Positions 11,313 to 22,685 of a stretch of DNA of 64,000 bases are shown here, one piece after another (the stretch's first letter is position 1; every line of letters begins with the position of its first letter). This DNA is from Chrysemys picta bellii. Lineage: Eukaryota. Below the pieces are notes generated by a model that saw nothing but the letters and a program-made list of their open reading frames with translations, did not search any database and was not told the origin of the DNA. The DNA lies in NCBI RefSeq assembly GCF_011386835.1, contig NC_088811.1, positions 13,888,001-13,952,000 on the forward strand, given 5' to 3'. The position numbers were made by a program, and so were the translations under genes.

Positions 11313-13465
11313 TTAGATATTGGAAGATGCCACTGTTGCGGTAGATATGTGAAATGGTGAATGTCAAGTTTGGAATGATATCCAGGGTATTTCTGTTTAA
11401 GCATAAACCAATAAGTGCTGGAAATTCCATAGGAGAGCCTTTGCTTATGTGAACATTGGTCTAATTTCCAGACCAAAGAAGATCAGTCAAAATATTTGAA
11501 GTTCACCTGTCAGTAATATTGAGTCACTTACAATTACATAAGGAGGAGATGGCTGTCTTAAAAAGCAGACATATCTTTGGTTGTGTAAACACATAAGTTG
11601 ATGAATACAGTAAAACATTAGAACTTCTGTCAATATTGTAGTCCCTTTGGAATGGAATGTTCTTTAAAAATGCATGCTTTGAAAATTGATCGTTTTGTTG
11701 TTGCATGGAGGTGCATATAAATTTATAAATGTATTATGTAAATTAATACAAATCAGCACTGGTCTCAAATAAAGGGGGAAACTTTAACACATTTTTAAAA
11801 ACACTCTGCCTTTTTTTTTTTTTTATTCAAACTTCTGAAAATTTTCAACCAGTTCCATAACTGGCTGAAAAAAAAACAGGAAATGTACCATGAAAATGAC
11901 ATTGAAATTTGTTATGATTTCTTTTAATTGTGAAATTTCATCCAATTTTTGAAATTTGGAAAGTTTTGACCAGTTGTAAAAATAGCATTCATGGGGCCAA
12001 ATCTTTACTCAGGCTGTGATCCTGCTAGTCCTTGCATGGTGCACGAGATTGGTGCTTCCACTGTTTAATGCAGGCCCATTTAAGCTTAAGGATAAGGACC
12101 ACAAAGCATGAAACACCTCAAAATGTCATATAATGTTCTCTCCTGAATAGTAAATGGGGGGGGGGGGAGGAATTATGTTTACTGCATTTCATTTCTGATC
12201 TTTATTTTTTTTCTTTTAATATTTGACCACGTTGATATTAAGATGCCTAATATTAGAATTTTACCTTTAACATTTGGTTAGCATCACTTAATTCCTTGGC
12301 ACTAGCCAAACACATCTCCATTAATAAGAGTTCCCACTTAAGCAGCAGTCACTGTTGTTAAGTCATTCACCACATTGATTCCCTAGGAGATGCCCCAGTA
12401 AAGCGCTCACCCCAGTTATTGGCCCAATCCAAAATCCGCTGAAGTTGATGGAAAGACTCCTATTGACGTCAGTGGGCTTTGGATCACGTGCACAGCTAAG
12501 TGAACTATATGGCCCCACCTTAGGACATGGTAGATGCAAGGAAGGAAATTATCCACAACACAGCCATAGAAATGCAATGGAGAAGTTATAAGCAACAGCA
12601 AAATTGCAGTCCTCGCAGGTTTGGTTTTTGTTTCTATCTACAGTCATTAGAGAAGCTTAAAAATGTTCTTTTGGGGGGAAAAAAATAGGGAACAAATAAG
12701 TAGTTGTCCACACTCTGAACAGCTTGCTGTTCAGCAAAGCCTGTAATTGCAGCGTCACGATCAGAGGCACACAGCATCTCCCGGGTGTGCGGAGGCAGGC
12801 TCAGGAACCGTCGGGGCATAATCTATTTTCTTTTGGGTTCAGCACATTGAACATTGCTGCTGCCTGGTGTCATGGCCGTTCAAAGGCAGAACAGGAGAAA
12901 TGCACTAACATGCGCCGAAGCTGTGAGATTTCACCCCACACTGAGATGCCGGTGGCTTGCACTTAATGGAGAAAATTTAAAATGGGGCATGCAGGCTAAG
13001 CCTGGTTTTAACTCTGGGCCATAATATGGCTTTAGCATAGAGCTAGAAGGAGACAGGCTATTAACGCTTTTGACATTCCCTTTGAATACCATCATATTTC
13101 AGTCCTGTTAAGCTATTGGGCCATTGTTTATGGGTTTCAGACTGAAATAACTAGGCTGAGTCTAGAAATGTTGTTTTACTTTCTAATTTACTACATAAAT
13201 CTTATTGCCTCTGCCGTCATTTCTTTCCCCCCTGCCCTCAACAGACTAAGCATTGTACTGAACATATGGGAGCAAGTCAAGTCTCTGCTCTTGTCCGGTG
13301 ATGGAGTCGTGCCAGTGACAATGGACATGAGTCTGGAGATTCTCTCCCGCCCCCCCCCCCCCCCCCCTGCTATAAGATGTATTTTTGAGAAGGGGTAGAA
13401 TTTACAATGTTCATAGAAGTAAGAAATGGCTCGAGTTGGCTAGAGCCAGGTACAGGGCTATAAAG

Positions 13466-14511
13466 CAGGGGTTCTCAACCTTTTTTTTCCTGAGGCCCCC
13501 CACAACATGCTATAAAAACTCCACAGCCCAGCAGGGGAGGGGGCGGGGCTCTGGGCTGAGGGGGAAGCTCGGGCATAGATGTAGTTCGAGTTCTATTTTG
13601 GGTGGGCAGAGGCCAGCGGGGCTCGAGCCAGCTCCGCACGGCGGGGTCCGGGGCGGGAGTGCCACCTACACCCCCTGACTCACCTCAGCAGGCTACCCAC
13701 CTGTCGGGGGGGAGAGGGAGTGCAACCATAAATTATAACTCAAAGGCTCAGCTCAAAAAGCCTGAAAACAGCTCAGGGTGCGGGCCAGGGGTTAGTTCAG
13801 GGTGCAGGGAGAGGGGTAGTTAGGGGCTGTGTGCAGGTGGGGTGGAGCTCAGGGTGCAGGGAGAGGGGTAGCTAATGGCTGTGTGCAGGCAGGGAGTAGC
13901 TAGGGGCTTGTGTGCAGGCAGGGGGTAGCTCAGGGTGCAGGGAGAGGGGTAGCTAGGGGCTGTGTGCTGGGAGGGCTCTGCCCGCGGTCCCTGTTCCCCA
14001 GGGGCTCTGCCAGCCATGGAGCCAGGTCCCCCACACAGGCGGCTCTTACCAGTTGCGTGAGGAAAGGGGGCTGGGAGCTGAGGAGCAGCTTCAACCCCGG
14101 GCACAAGCAGCAGATGAGGGAGCGCCACGGCTGCCTGCTCCATGGCACCCACCAGAGCAGCAGCGGTCCCGCACTGCCCAGTCTGGCTTTGGCTCTGGCT
14201 TCCCGCCTCCGACTTGGCCAGGTGGTGGGGAGGGAAGGAGGTGGGGTGGGGTGTGGAGCTGCCCCGGGACTGCCCTGCTCTTGCACTGTAGTTTTTTAGG
14301 GGAGGGGAATACCCCTGCGTCCCCCAACTCTGCCCATGGGTGCAGGGCTTCTGCCTCATGGGGAGCACTGGGGCTCAGGGCTCCAGAATTTGGCCCTGCT
14401 GCTCCCGGCTTCAGCCCCATGGGAGGTGCTGGGCCTCGGGCTCTGGGTTTTAGGCACGGAGCCCCGAGGCCCTCCTGAAAGGGTTTGCGATCCCCCTGTT
14501 GAGAACCACTG
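13466..14511. mobile_element. Non-autonomous hAT element with GC-rich interior
   Basis: TIRs CAGGGGTTCTCAAC and GTTGAGAACCACTG; perfect 8-bp TSD CTATAAAG. Confidence 0.92.
13771..13970 (+). repeat. G-rich degenerate minisatellite inside the hAT element
   Basis: Repeated modules CTCAGGGTGCAGGGAGAGGGGTAG and CTAGGGGCTGTGTGCAGG. Confidence 0.8.
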
Positions 14512-14594
14512 CTATAAAGCACTCTGCTAGCCTGCTTAAGTGCTTTCTTGAATAGGAGTGCTGCCCTAAACTGGGGGCTTAAACGTGTGCGTAA

Positions 14595-14650
14595 TTTTAA
14601 GCATGAGAGTAATGCCATTGATTTGAATGGGATAACTCTCATACTTAAAA
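14595..14650. repeat. Ancient palindromic (foldback MITE-like) repeat core
   Basis: 25-bp arms TTTTAAGCATGAGAGTAATGCCATT and AATGGGATAACTCTCATACTTAAAA with 3 mismatches and a 6-nt loop. Relatives at about 26270-26350 and 34690-34900. Confidence 0.8.
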
Positions 14651-14837
14651 CTAGAAATGCGTGTGGATGTTTTGCTGGACGAGGTCCCACGTCTCGCCAT
14701 CCCACTTACAATTCTGATTTGCAGAGCCACCTCCTTTGCTTGAGCACAGACTTCTAGTCCTGCCAGATTTTGTTGTGGCTTCACAGTGTGGCCAGATCAC
14801 TATGGGGGACTAGACTGAAAGCATTAAGGAAATAAGG

Positions 14838-15027
14838 CAACACGGCCCAGGGGTAGAACACTAGACGAGACGTCGAAAGGCCAGGTTATGCTCCTGGTTC
14901 TGCCACTGACTTTTGTGAGCAGAGGAATGTGTCACTTAACTTTTCAGTTCCTCAGTTTGACTAACTGTCAAATGGGGGCAATTCTTCCTGCATTTATGAA
15001 GCACTTGGAGACATGCAGTGTTTGTGC
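14838..15027 (+). mobile_element. MIR-type SINE whose tail is interrupted by the 15028 MITE
   Basis: CCTGGTTCTGCCACTGAC...GTCACTTAAC...CCTCAGTTT...TGAAGCACTTGGAGA. Confidence 0.6.
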
Positions 15028-15256
15028 CAGGGCTGGCTCCAGGCACCAGCGAATGAAGCAGATGCTTGGGGCGGCACAGCCGGGTCTTCAGTGGCAATTC
15101 GGCCGCGGGTCCCTCAGTCCCTCTTGGAGCGAAGGATTCGCCGCCGAGGAATGAAGCGGCGCGGTTGAGCTGCCACCGAAGTGCTGCCGATAGCGGCTTT
15201 TTTTTTTTTTTTCCCCTTCGCCACTTGGGGCGGCAAAAAAGCCTGAGCCGGCCCTG
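15028..15256 (+). mobile_element. hAT MITE, CAGGGCCGGCTC family, copy 1
   Basis: TIRs CAGGGCTGGCTC and GAGCCGGCCCTG; perfect 8-bp TSD GTTTGTGC. Confidence 0.92.
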
Positions 15257-16149
15257 GTTTGTGCTATATGAGAATCAAGTAATATTGCAAGCACAAGCTC
15301 CCTGGTTCTTGTCCTCCAAGTATCCCCTCTCTTTCTCCAAATCCCTCCTTAAAGAACATACTGCTCTGCAGTCATTATTCTCTTCTGCCCATCGTCAGCA
15401 AATCCCCACTCTCTGGCTCTTGAGTTTGTATCTCTTCTCCAATTTAAGTTCCAATCCTGCAGCTACTTAGAGGCAATGGACCAACTCACCATAGAAAGTG
15501 CAACCTCTGGCTATAGAATTGGGCCCTGCTCTGTAAGCTGTTTGATGCAGAGCACTTCTCTTGTTCGTTGTTCAGCTGTGACAGATGCTGCTCTATGAAT
15601 TATTCGTAGCCAGTCACCATGATAGGTTTGGATTTGTGATGTATTTGTTCTGGATAAACTAGCCCAGATGACATTTCTGTTTTACCGGGGAAAGCTCCTG
15701 CCTTCCCTCCTTCCCCGCACCCCCCGGTTTGACTGAGAGATAAGAAACCCAGCCAGCAACTGACTCACCCTACTCTCCAACCAGTCCCTGGTTTCTAATA
15801 CTAGTGATATTGATCAAATTTGATCTCTGGAGGTCATAGGTTAGCGCATTCATTAACCCACCCACCACTCACCTCTACCCCCCTTGTATCCATTTTCATC
15901 TATCGATATAGGACAAAGGAACATCAGAAAACACAATGGCAAATATTTTGTGTAGCCAAATCTGGACATTCTATTTCCATAGATTCTTTGTATTCTGAGT
16001 TAGACCTCGTGCTTTCACTGTCCTGTAGCTTATTATGTGAGGTTAATCAAAAGTCCAGCTCATCAGACAGTGGAAGACGGCATACGTGTGGCTCCCAAAA
16101 GGTGCCGCTCCCAGTCCCAGCACTGCAGTCTGAAATGCAGCGTGCCTCC

Positions 16150-16400
16150 CTCTCCTCGTGGGTGACAATTTGAGGATTTGCTGCTGATGAGACTATAAAA
16201 CAATGACAAACCCGCGCCGATTATATGATCTGCCCGAGATAACCCTAATCAATCTCGGCTCGCGCTCGGTGTGCGCGCTGCAGTAATAAAGACACAGTAA
16301 ATGGAGCTGCTCTGACAAATCAATGACCTTTTCATGTCAGTCTTCGCAGGGAGAGTCAGTAAAACATAGAAGGTGCAATTTGGGCCCCTAACGAAGGCTG
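16150..16400. promoter_or_regulatory. Candidate conserved non-coding element / developmental enhancer
   Basis: Not recognisably repetitive. 10 CpG in 16211-16280, four TGACA cores, TAATCAATC, AAATCAATG, TAATAAA, CTATAAAAC and TGACCT. Conservation not verified. Confidence 0.5.
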
Positions 16401-16790
16401 CAGGGAGCGTGTGGAGAAAGGGAGTCACTTTACCATTTAAAAAAAAAGGGGGCCAGATCCTCTGCAGGCGTAGATGACTTCAGCGGAGCTAGAGAAAGAC
16501 AAAGTAGGTGAGGTTATATTCAGTGGGTCTGTGGCAGTTTATACCGCTGGCCTGTATTTTATTACCCAGGGGGCTTATTTCTTCCTGTCTGAATTTCCGA
16601 GGCACTGTTCTCTTCCACTCATCTTGCTCACACAGTCTCTCCTGCACAAGGGGAAAATCATGTCTCTTCCACCTCCTCCTTCATTGTTTGGATCAATATA
16701 GTGCCTGGAAGCTTCAGCTGAGATCAGGGCTCTATTGTGCTAGGGGGTCTGTGCGTATAATAAGACTGTCTCTGTCCAGAAGTGCTTACG

Positions 16791-17042
16791 CCGGGGCTGT
16801 GGAAGGCCCTACCTGGTGCAGCTCCATGGAGGAGCAGGATTTCAGAAGCCCACAAAATGGATTGGTGCCTCCAGCCCCACACCATGTATAGCAGCAGGAT
16901 TTGTGGGCAGGGCGCGCCGGGGCTGTGGAAGGCCCTATCTGGTGCAGCTCCATGGAGGAGCAGGATTTCAGAAGCCCACAAAATGGATTGCTGCCTCCAT
17001 CCCCACAGCATGTATAGCAGCAGGGTTTGTGGGCAGGGCACA
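16791..17042 (+). repeat. Tandem duplication, 2 x 126 bp
   Basis: Copies start at 16791 and 16917, with 7 substitutions and no indels. This explains the 42-aa repeats in the ORF track. Confidence 0.95.
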
Positions 17043-18104
17043 GGAGCAGAGTGGATGGAGCTAGTGCTGCATGGATCACTGGCCGTTGTCTCCCCGAGTG
17101 ACTGTGTAGTAGCAGCAGGGATGAATACAGTCCTGGAGAGGCAGCAGCAGTTATGGAGTGTGGCTCTGCTGCCATTCCAGATGGGGGACGTGGGGCAGGG
17201 CCCCTCCTCCCTGGCCCTAGTGGAACCATCCCCTGGACCACCTCGGTCTGCTTGGGCTTCCTGTGTGTGCGGGAATCCTTGTGCTGGAGGGCTCAGAATG
17301 GTCAGGCCCTCTCATTATACATACCCAGCTCTTTACCTTCCAAACCTAAGTCCCCATCCTCCTTCCTTACATTTCTGCAGGTTCTGGGAGGAGGTTCTCG
17401 CAGGGCACCAAAGCCAGTCCTCCTCACCCACCCTTTCCCCAGGGACTTGCAGGCTCTCCTTCACAAGTGGCTTCCCCCAGTTCCCCACAAGCTTGGGTGG
17501 AGTGAGCAGCCCTAGGCTCCTTCAGAATGCCTCTTAGCAACGAGCTGTGTCTGCATGCAGCATACGCACAAAAAGCAGGGTCACCAATTCAACTACTCAC
17601 ATGAGGCACAGGAAATATAACTCAGGACTTTGTGCTCCCAAAACACAGACCCCTGCCATTTGAGGCTACAGCATTCCTATTAGCTGGCAGTCTAGAGTCC
17701 AGCGGTACTCTGAGTTTTCAGGTCACATGAGAGCCTGGTCTGGTTGCCAGGGCCTACCTCCTCCTCTGCCTCCCCACAGGTTTTGCAGTTTCAAATGAAA
17801 CCTGGCCAAAGCAGCCGAGTTTCTCTTGCTTTCAGACTGCGGAGCCACTGAACGTTATGTGAGCTTCCATCCAAAGCCTTAGCTTGACCCGGGCGTTCAT
17901 GGACCTTTCAGACAAAGCTGGCCTGAGTTTGGGGCTTGCGTGGAATTCTGAAATGTGGCATCGTTTCAGTGCAAACGCTTTGTGCCATTGTCGTCTGTAG
18001 GAGAGCTCTTATTTCCTTTGGGGTGACAGGACCACAGCCTTTACTTCAGGGCTGACTCCTTCCACCAACAGACAATGGCAGGCATACCACCCGAGACTCG
18101 TATA

Positions 18105-18297
18105 TATTATAATCAGTGATTTTTTGTCAAGGTCCAAATTTCTTGGTCAGGGTACAGTCAAGGTTCAGACTCCAGAGAAACATTTTTCACACTGCAATAA
18201 CAATAATGATCATAAGTAAATAAAAAGATTTCGCGGTCCATTCAAAAGTGTCTGGTGGTCCGGATTTGGCGCATGGTCGCCCTATTGTCTACCCATG
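18105..18297 (+). mobile_element. hAT MITE, same family as 53854-54045 in opposite orientation
   Basis: CAAGGTCCAAATTTCTTGGTCAGGGTACAGTCAAG and GTCCGGATTTGG are reverse complements of segments at 53854-54045. Ends CTACCCATG. Confidence 0.8.
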
Positions 18298-18744
18298 TAT
18301 TACATCATGGAGTAGTGCATTGGAATGTTTCCTGATTCACTGGAGCTGTCCTTACCCACTCAACATAATTTCACTCTAATTTAGCATCTGGGTGATATCA
18401 TTCAGGAATTTATTTAGTTTGGGGGGGGGGGGGGGGCAGCATAAATATTTTGGAAGAAAAAATATTGAAGTAATAATTTTACCTACGCACCTATGATCAA
18501 TTTGCTAGATGCCATTGGAGCCGAATACAAAAAGTCTCTCTTTTGGGTGCATTGCAAATTAAATACAAGAAACCCATAATCCAAGCAACAGTTTTTTGTG
18601 AAGGCTTACACGCCTCACAGACATCCCAGGTGTGATGTTATTCCATAGAGTCCTTTGTTAGTTTGGATACAGAGAGGAAAGACTAGAGGAGAAAACAGCA
18701 GCGATGAAGTCATAAAGAGGTTCCTTGGCTGGTTCCTTGGTTAT

Positions 18745-18855
18745 GGGGATAGCCGGGGGCTTGGGAGACCCAGGTGCAGTTCCCAGCTCTGCTGCAGGCT
18801 TCCTGTGTGATCTTGGGTAGGTCAATTAGCCTCTCTGTGCCTCAGTTTCCCCACC
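18745..18855 (+). mobile_element. MIR-type SINE fragment
   Basis: GTGTGATCTTGGGTAGGTCAATTAGCCTCTCTGTGCCTCAGTTTCCCC. Confidence 0.75.
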
Positions 18856-19439
18856 CCCCATCCCAGTCAATTCTCCTTTGTTAGTGATGTAGTTTTTACT
18901 TGGTTTCCCTAACGCAGCAGAGGGCACAAGATATCATGGATAAACCAAGAGCAGAGATTGAGAGTAGGAAGCAATAAACTTAAAGCGAGAAGAGAGGTTT
19001 GGGCAAGAAATTAGTCAACGTTTGGGTTTTTTTTTTCAGAAGTGGCCACTGGCTTTGGTGCTGCAGGTTTTTGGGTGCCCAATTGGAGACATCCAGGGCT
19101 GATTGTCAGAAGACTGTGAGTGCTGCAGGTTCTTAGCATCTTTGAAAAGCAGACTGGAGGAGGGTCATGTTGAGCACTCGAGACACCTGTAATTCATGTG
19201 TGCTTCTGCAAATTTTGACCTAGTGCATCTTCAGTAAATCAAGACATGAAGAAGAAAATTCTTTGGTTCCTTCAGTGCTGCTTGTAGCCTCTATCTAGCA
19301 AACCTAATCTTTCCAATGCATGGTATTTCTAAGGCCCGTCATGCGGTGTCTAAGGGTTGATGCTGTATTTTCCTTCCCTTCCCCTCCTCTTCCCCCACGC
19401 CCCCAGCTCCATATATCTCCTCCTCTCTCTGCCTAGCAG

Positions 19440-19475
19440 AGTGTGCACTTTATAACTGCCCGGGAAGGCTGACAG
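19440..19475 (+). other. Candidate 36-nt micro-exon
   Basis: Long pyrimidine tract, NAGNAG acceptor TAGCAG, donor CAG|GTAACC. One open symmetric phase-1 frame (CALYNCPGRLT). Confidence 0.25.
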
Positions 19476-20951
19476 GTAACCAATGAGATGCATATTAGCC
19501 TACCCCCTGGAGAGCAAGGACCCTCTTCCCCACTGCTTTACATGTTCAAGCCTATCTTCATTGTTGCTTGATTCTTCTCCGTGAACAGATGGGTCCATTG
19601 TCTGCACTATTTATCATCAACCTCTAAAGTGCAAGGCTGTGAACCAGCGATGGAGGAGCAAGGTTTGCTCTTTTGTTCCCTTCTAATTTCAATGTCAGTT
19701 TTGATGCCGATTGTCATTAAATGCATGTGTTTTGGATTTACTAGCTTTAAAAAAGAAAATGCAGAGGAGAGGTCTGAAAAAGACTCAGCTGCAGGGATAA
19801 AGCAAAAGGGTATGAACCGGGCAGTCAATTCAGGAGGGAGAAAAAAACCCACCCGTGACTAAATATTTTTATCATCGCTGCTAGGAATTGCAGTTCCAAT
19901 GCAAGAAAGGTAATAAATCAATTCATGCCTCATTTCATTGATGGGACTTGGCCTTCAGCCTTATGACTAACACGCTGGAATCAATATAACACAATTCACG
20001 CACTGTAGTATCTCCGTGCACCTAAGGAGTATTAGACTGGCAGTTAATTTTGATGATTTAAAAAGGTGTCTCTCCCCCCCACCCCTCCGGTGTTCGTTCA
20101 TTGTTATTGTTTTGTTTGTTCTGTAGCTTTTTAGTGAAGTGTTTCTCAGATTCAGGTACTTTGAATATTCGGTGTAGTCAGGGATTGTATAGAGGGCAGT
20201 GTAGTGTCTATGGAGTGCAGCGGGGTAGCACAAGCTCACGTGGATTGCAAGGCTGCGTATGGCATGTTAGGGTTCCCATGTAGCTTGGTTTTGTTCGGAA
20301 TCCAAGTATTGGTGTGGACGTGTTAAATGGCTGAAAAACCTTTTGAATGAACTTAGGCTTAGCTTCCAGACTGCCCGGGGAAGGCGGATGTGTCAGCAAA
20401 CTGCCAGCGAGCAGCTCGTTTATTAAGGCAACCGTGAGGGCCTGGGAGCAGCGATGGCCGCAGCAGCGTTTTGTGTCTGTATGGAAATGAGATGAGCCCA
20501 GAACAACCCCCCCCGCACCAAACAGCAGTGGAGTTCGGGCGGGGGTGTGGCAGCTGAACACTCTCTGAACTGTGCACTTGTTGCATTTCTCAAAGATGCC
20601 CCAGATAAGAAGCCTGGGTCTACGTACTCTCCGGCTGTGGAGGAGGCTGGGGAAGGGGGTCAGAATCCAGATCTTGAAACTTGGAATCTCTGGTTAAGAA
20701 AATAGATAAGGAATTTCTTTCCCACCTGCCTGCTGCTGCTTGGTCAGTGCACTTGTGTGACGGGGATGTTTTCTGCCTTACAAGGGGAGTGCTCCTTCTG
20801 ACCAGTCAGAATTTTAGCAGAGCTCCGTCACGTTGCCAGGCTAACCCACGTCCTGTTGCAATCCTGAAGTTGTTCCCCTGTTTTGCTGATAGGCGAGGTT
20901 TTTACTGTTAGGCAAGCGGGGTTGGGGTAGAGGTGGGGCTGGGGTGGGAGT

Positions 20952-21140
20952 CAGGGCCGGCTCCAGGCACCAGCGCAGGAAGCAGGTGCTTAGGGCGGCC
21001 AATGGAAAGGGCCACCGAATCGCTGCGGAGGAATGAAGCAGCGCGGTAGAGCTGCCGCCGATCGCGGCTTTATCTTTTTATTTATTTATTTATTTATTTC
21101 TTCGCCGCTTGTGGCTGCAAAAAAGCTGGAGCCGGCCCTG
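20952..21140 (+). mobile_element. hAT MITE, CAGGGCCGGCTC family, copy 2
   Basis: Perfect TIRs; perfect TSD GTGGGAGT; internal (TTTA)n. Confidence 0.93.
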
Positions 21141-21714
21141 GTGGGAGTGGGGAAATTCCTCAAAGATTGTTTAAGCAGAGTCATGGGAGATGCTACCCAG
21201 AAGGATACAAATGAGCCTGTAGATAGGCAAGTCTTTTTGCCATTAAAAAGAAAGCCGGCGAATTTTGCAGTCATCTGGTTTCTCTGCTAGGCCTTCGGAA
21301 TCCGCCCGCGGTGGTCCGTGGAAGCGCACTTTATTTAATAAAGGTTGCCCTCAAATCTCCTCAGCCCCGGAACATGACAGTGGCTAAATCATCTGTTATT
21401 TCAGAAAGAACAAAGCTGTGCCTCAATGAGCAAAGCAAAGATAAAAGTCTGAAATTTGGGGGAAGGAAGAGCCGAACGATTTGAGGGCAAAAACATTCCC
21501 TTGGGTGAAATCAATAACTGTCAGCAAATCACTAGGAGTTGGAGAGTGAATAAACCTACAAACGCAGTAAATAGCAGTGGGATGCTTCCTGGGGCCAGTT
21601 ATTTAGAGACAACATGTAGCGGTGGTCTGTGGAGAGACACAATGTTTCAGATGTGCAACCTTATCTTGAATTCTGAAGTTCTCTCCCTCTCTTTCTCTCT
21701 CATACCTATCTTCT

Positions 21715-21925
21715 TTCTGTCACCATAGCATCCGAGCGCCTCACAAACAGTAATGGATTTAAGATCACAGCACTCCTGTCAGTGGGGGAGTGCTGTTATC
21801 CCCACTTTACATATGAGAAAACGGAGGCACAGAGAGATTAAGGGAGGTTGCACAGGCAGTCTGTGATAGATCAGAATTTGAACCCAGATCTCCTGACTCC
21901 TAGTTAAACAGAGGACCATCCTCCC
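21715..21925 (-). mobile_element. MIR-type SINE
   Basis: TTATCCCCACTTTACATATGAGAAAACGGAGGCACAGAGAGATTAAG...TTTGAACCCAGATCTCCTGACTCC. Confidence 0.8.
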
Positions 21926-22285
21926 TTCCTTGGCGGCCTGATGTCTTACCCCGTCCTTCTCTGGCTGTATCCTCTATGATGGTATGAACTTCTACACACA
22001 CACACAACACTGTTTTTCTCTTTACTTCTCTGAAGGTAATACTCAGTGTGTTGGTTGAAGCATCGGTTGTTCCCACTGAAACAATGTTACATTAATATGT
22101 GTGTTTTTTTCATTAAAAGAACCACTTGTGACCACTACTAATGATATTTTGCACTTGTATAGCACCTTTCCGTTGAAGATCTTAAAGCGTCCTGCAAGCC
22201 TTGCTACCTACTTCTCGGGGGTTTTGTGAGGTGTAGCTAATTATGATCCTGATTTTACAAGTGTTCCAGTTTGGCCGTCAGAGCC

Positions 22286-22344
22286 AAATTCAGCCCTGGT
22301 GTCAGCTGATGCCAGTCGTGCCAGCTGATGCCCGGGCTGAATTT
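22286..22344. repeat. Foldback repeat, 23-bp arms and 13-nt loop
   Basis: AAATTCAGCCCTGGTGTCAGCTG and CAGCTGATGCCCGGGCTGAATTT; 1 mismatch and 2 G.U pairs. Confidence 0.85.
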
Positions 22345-22447
22345 AGTGTGCAGAGGTTAAACGACCCATTTTTGAAGTCATTTCAGCAAGGCAGAGGCAG
22401 AGCAGAGAACAGAAGTTCAGACTTTCATTCTCCTGGTCTAACTTTTA

Positions 22448-22685
22448 GGGCTGGTCTACACTGGGGGGGATCGATCTAAGATGCGCAACTTCAGCTACGC
22501 TATTCGCGTAGCTGAAGTCGAAGTATCTTAGTTCAACTTACCTGGCCGTCCTCACAGCGGCAAGTCGACCGCTGCGGCTCCCCTGTCGACTCCGCTTACT
22601 CCTCCCGCTGAGGGTGGAGTATGGGCGTCACTCCCCGATAGATCGATTACTACTCGCCGATCTGGTGGGTAGTGTAGACATGGCC
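22448..22685. mobile_element. PIF/Harbinger-type MITE
   Basis: TIRs GGGCTGGTCTACACT and AGTGTAGACATGGCC; TTA TSD; internal palindrome CTTCAGCTACGC...GCGTAGCTGAAG. Confidence 0.9.

Noticed and set aside
13244-13350. Strong plus-strand acceptor CCCTCAACAG
   Set aside because: No donor follows before the poly-C run, and it is out of frame with the 6087-6243 candidate (immediate TAA).
13820-14705. Cluster of 118-204-aa ORFs
   Set aside because: They lie almost entirely inside the 13466-14511 non-autonomous hAT element and its G-rich minisatellite.
16782-17537. 251-aa ORF with a 42-aa repeat
   Set aside because: The repeat is the 126-bp DNA duplication. Three other frames are also open across it, and there is no supporting gene structure.
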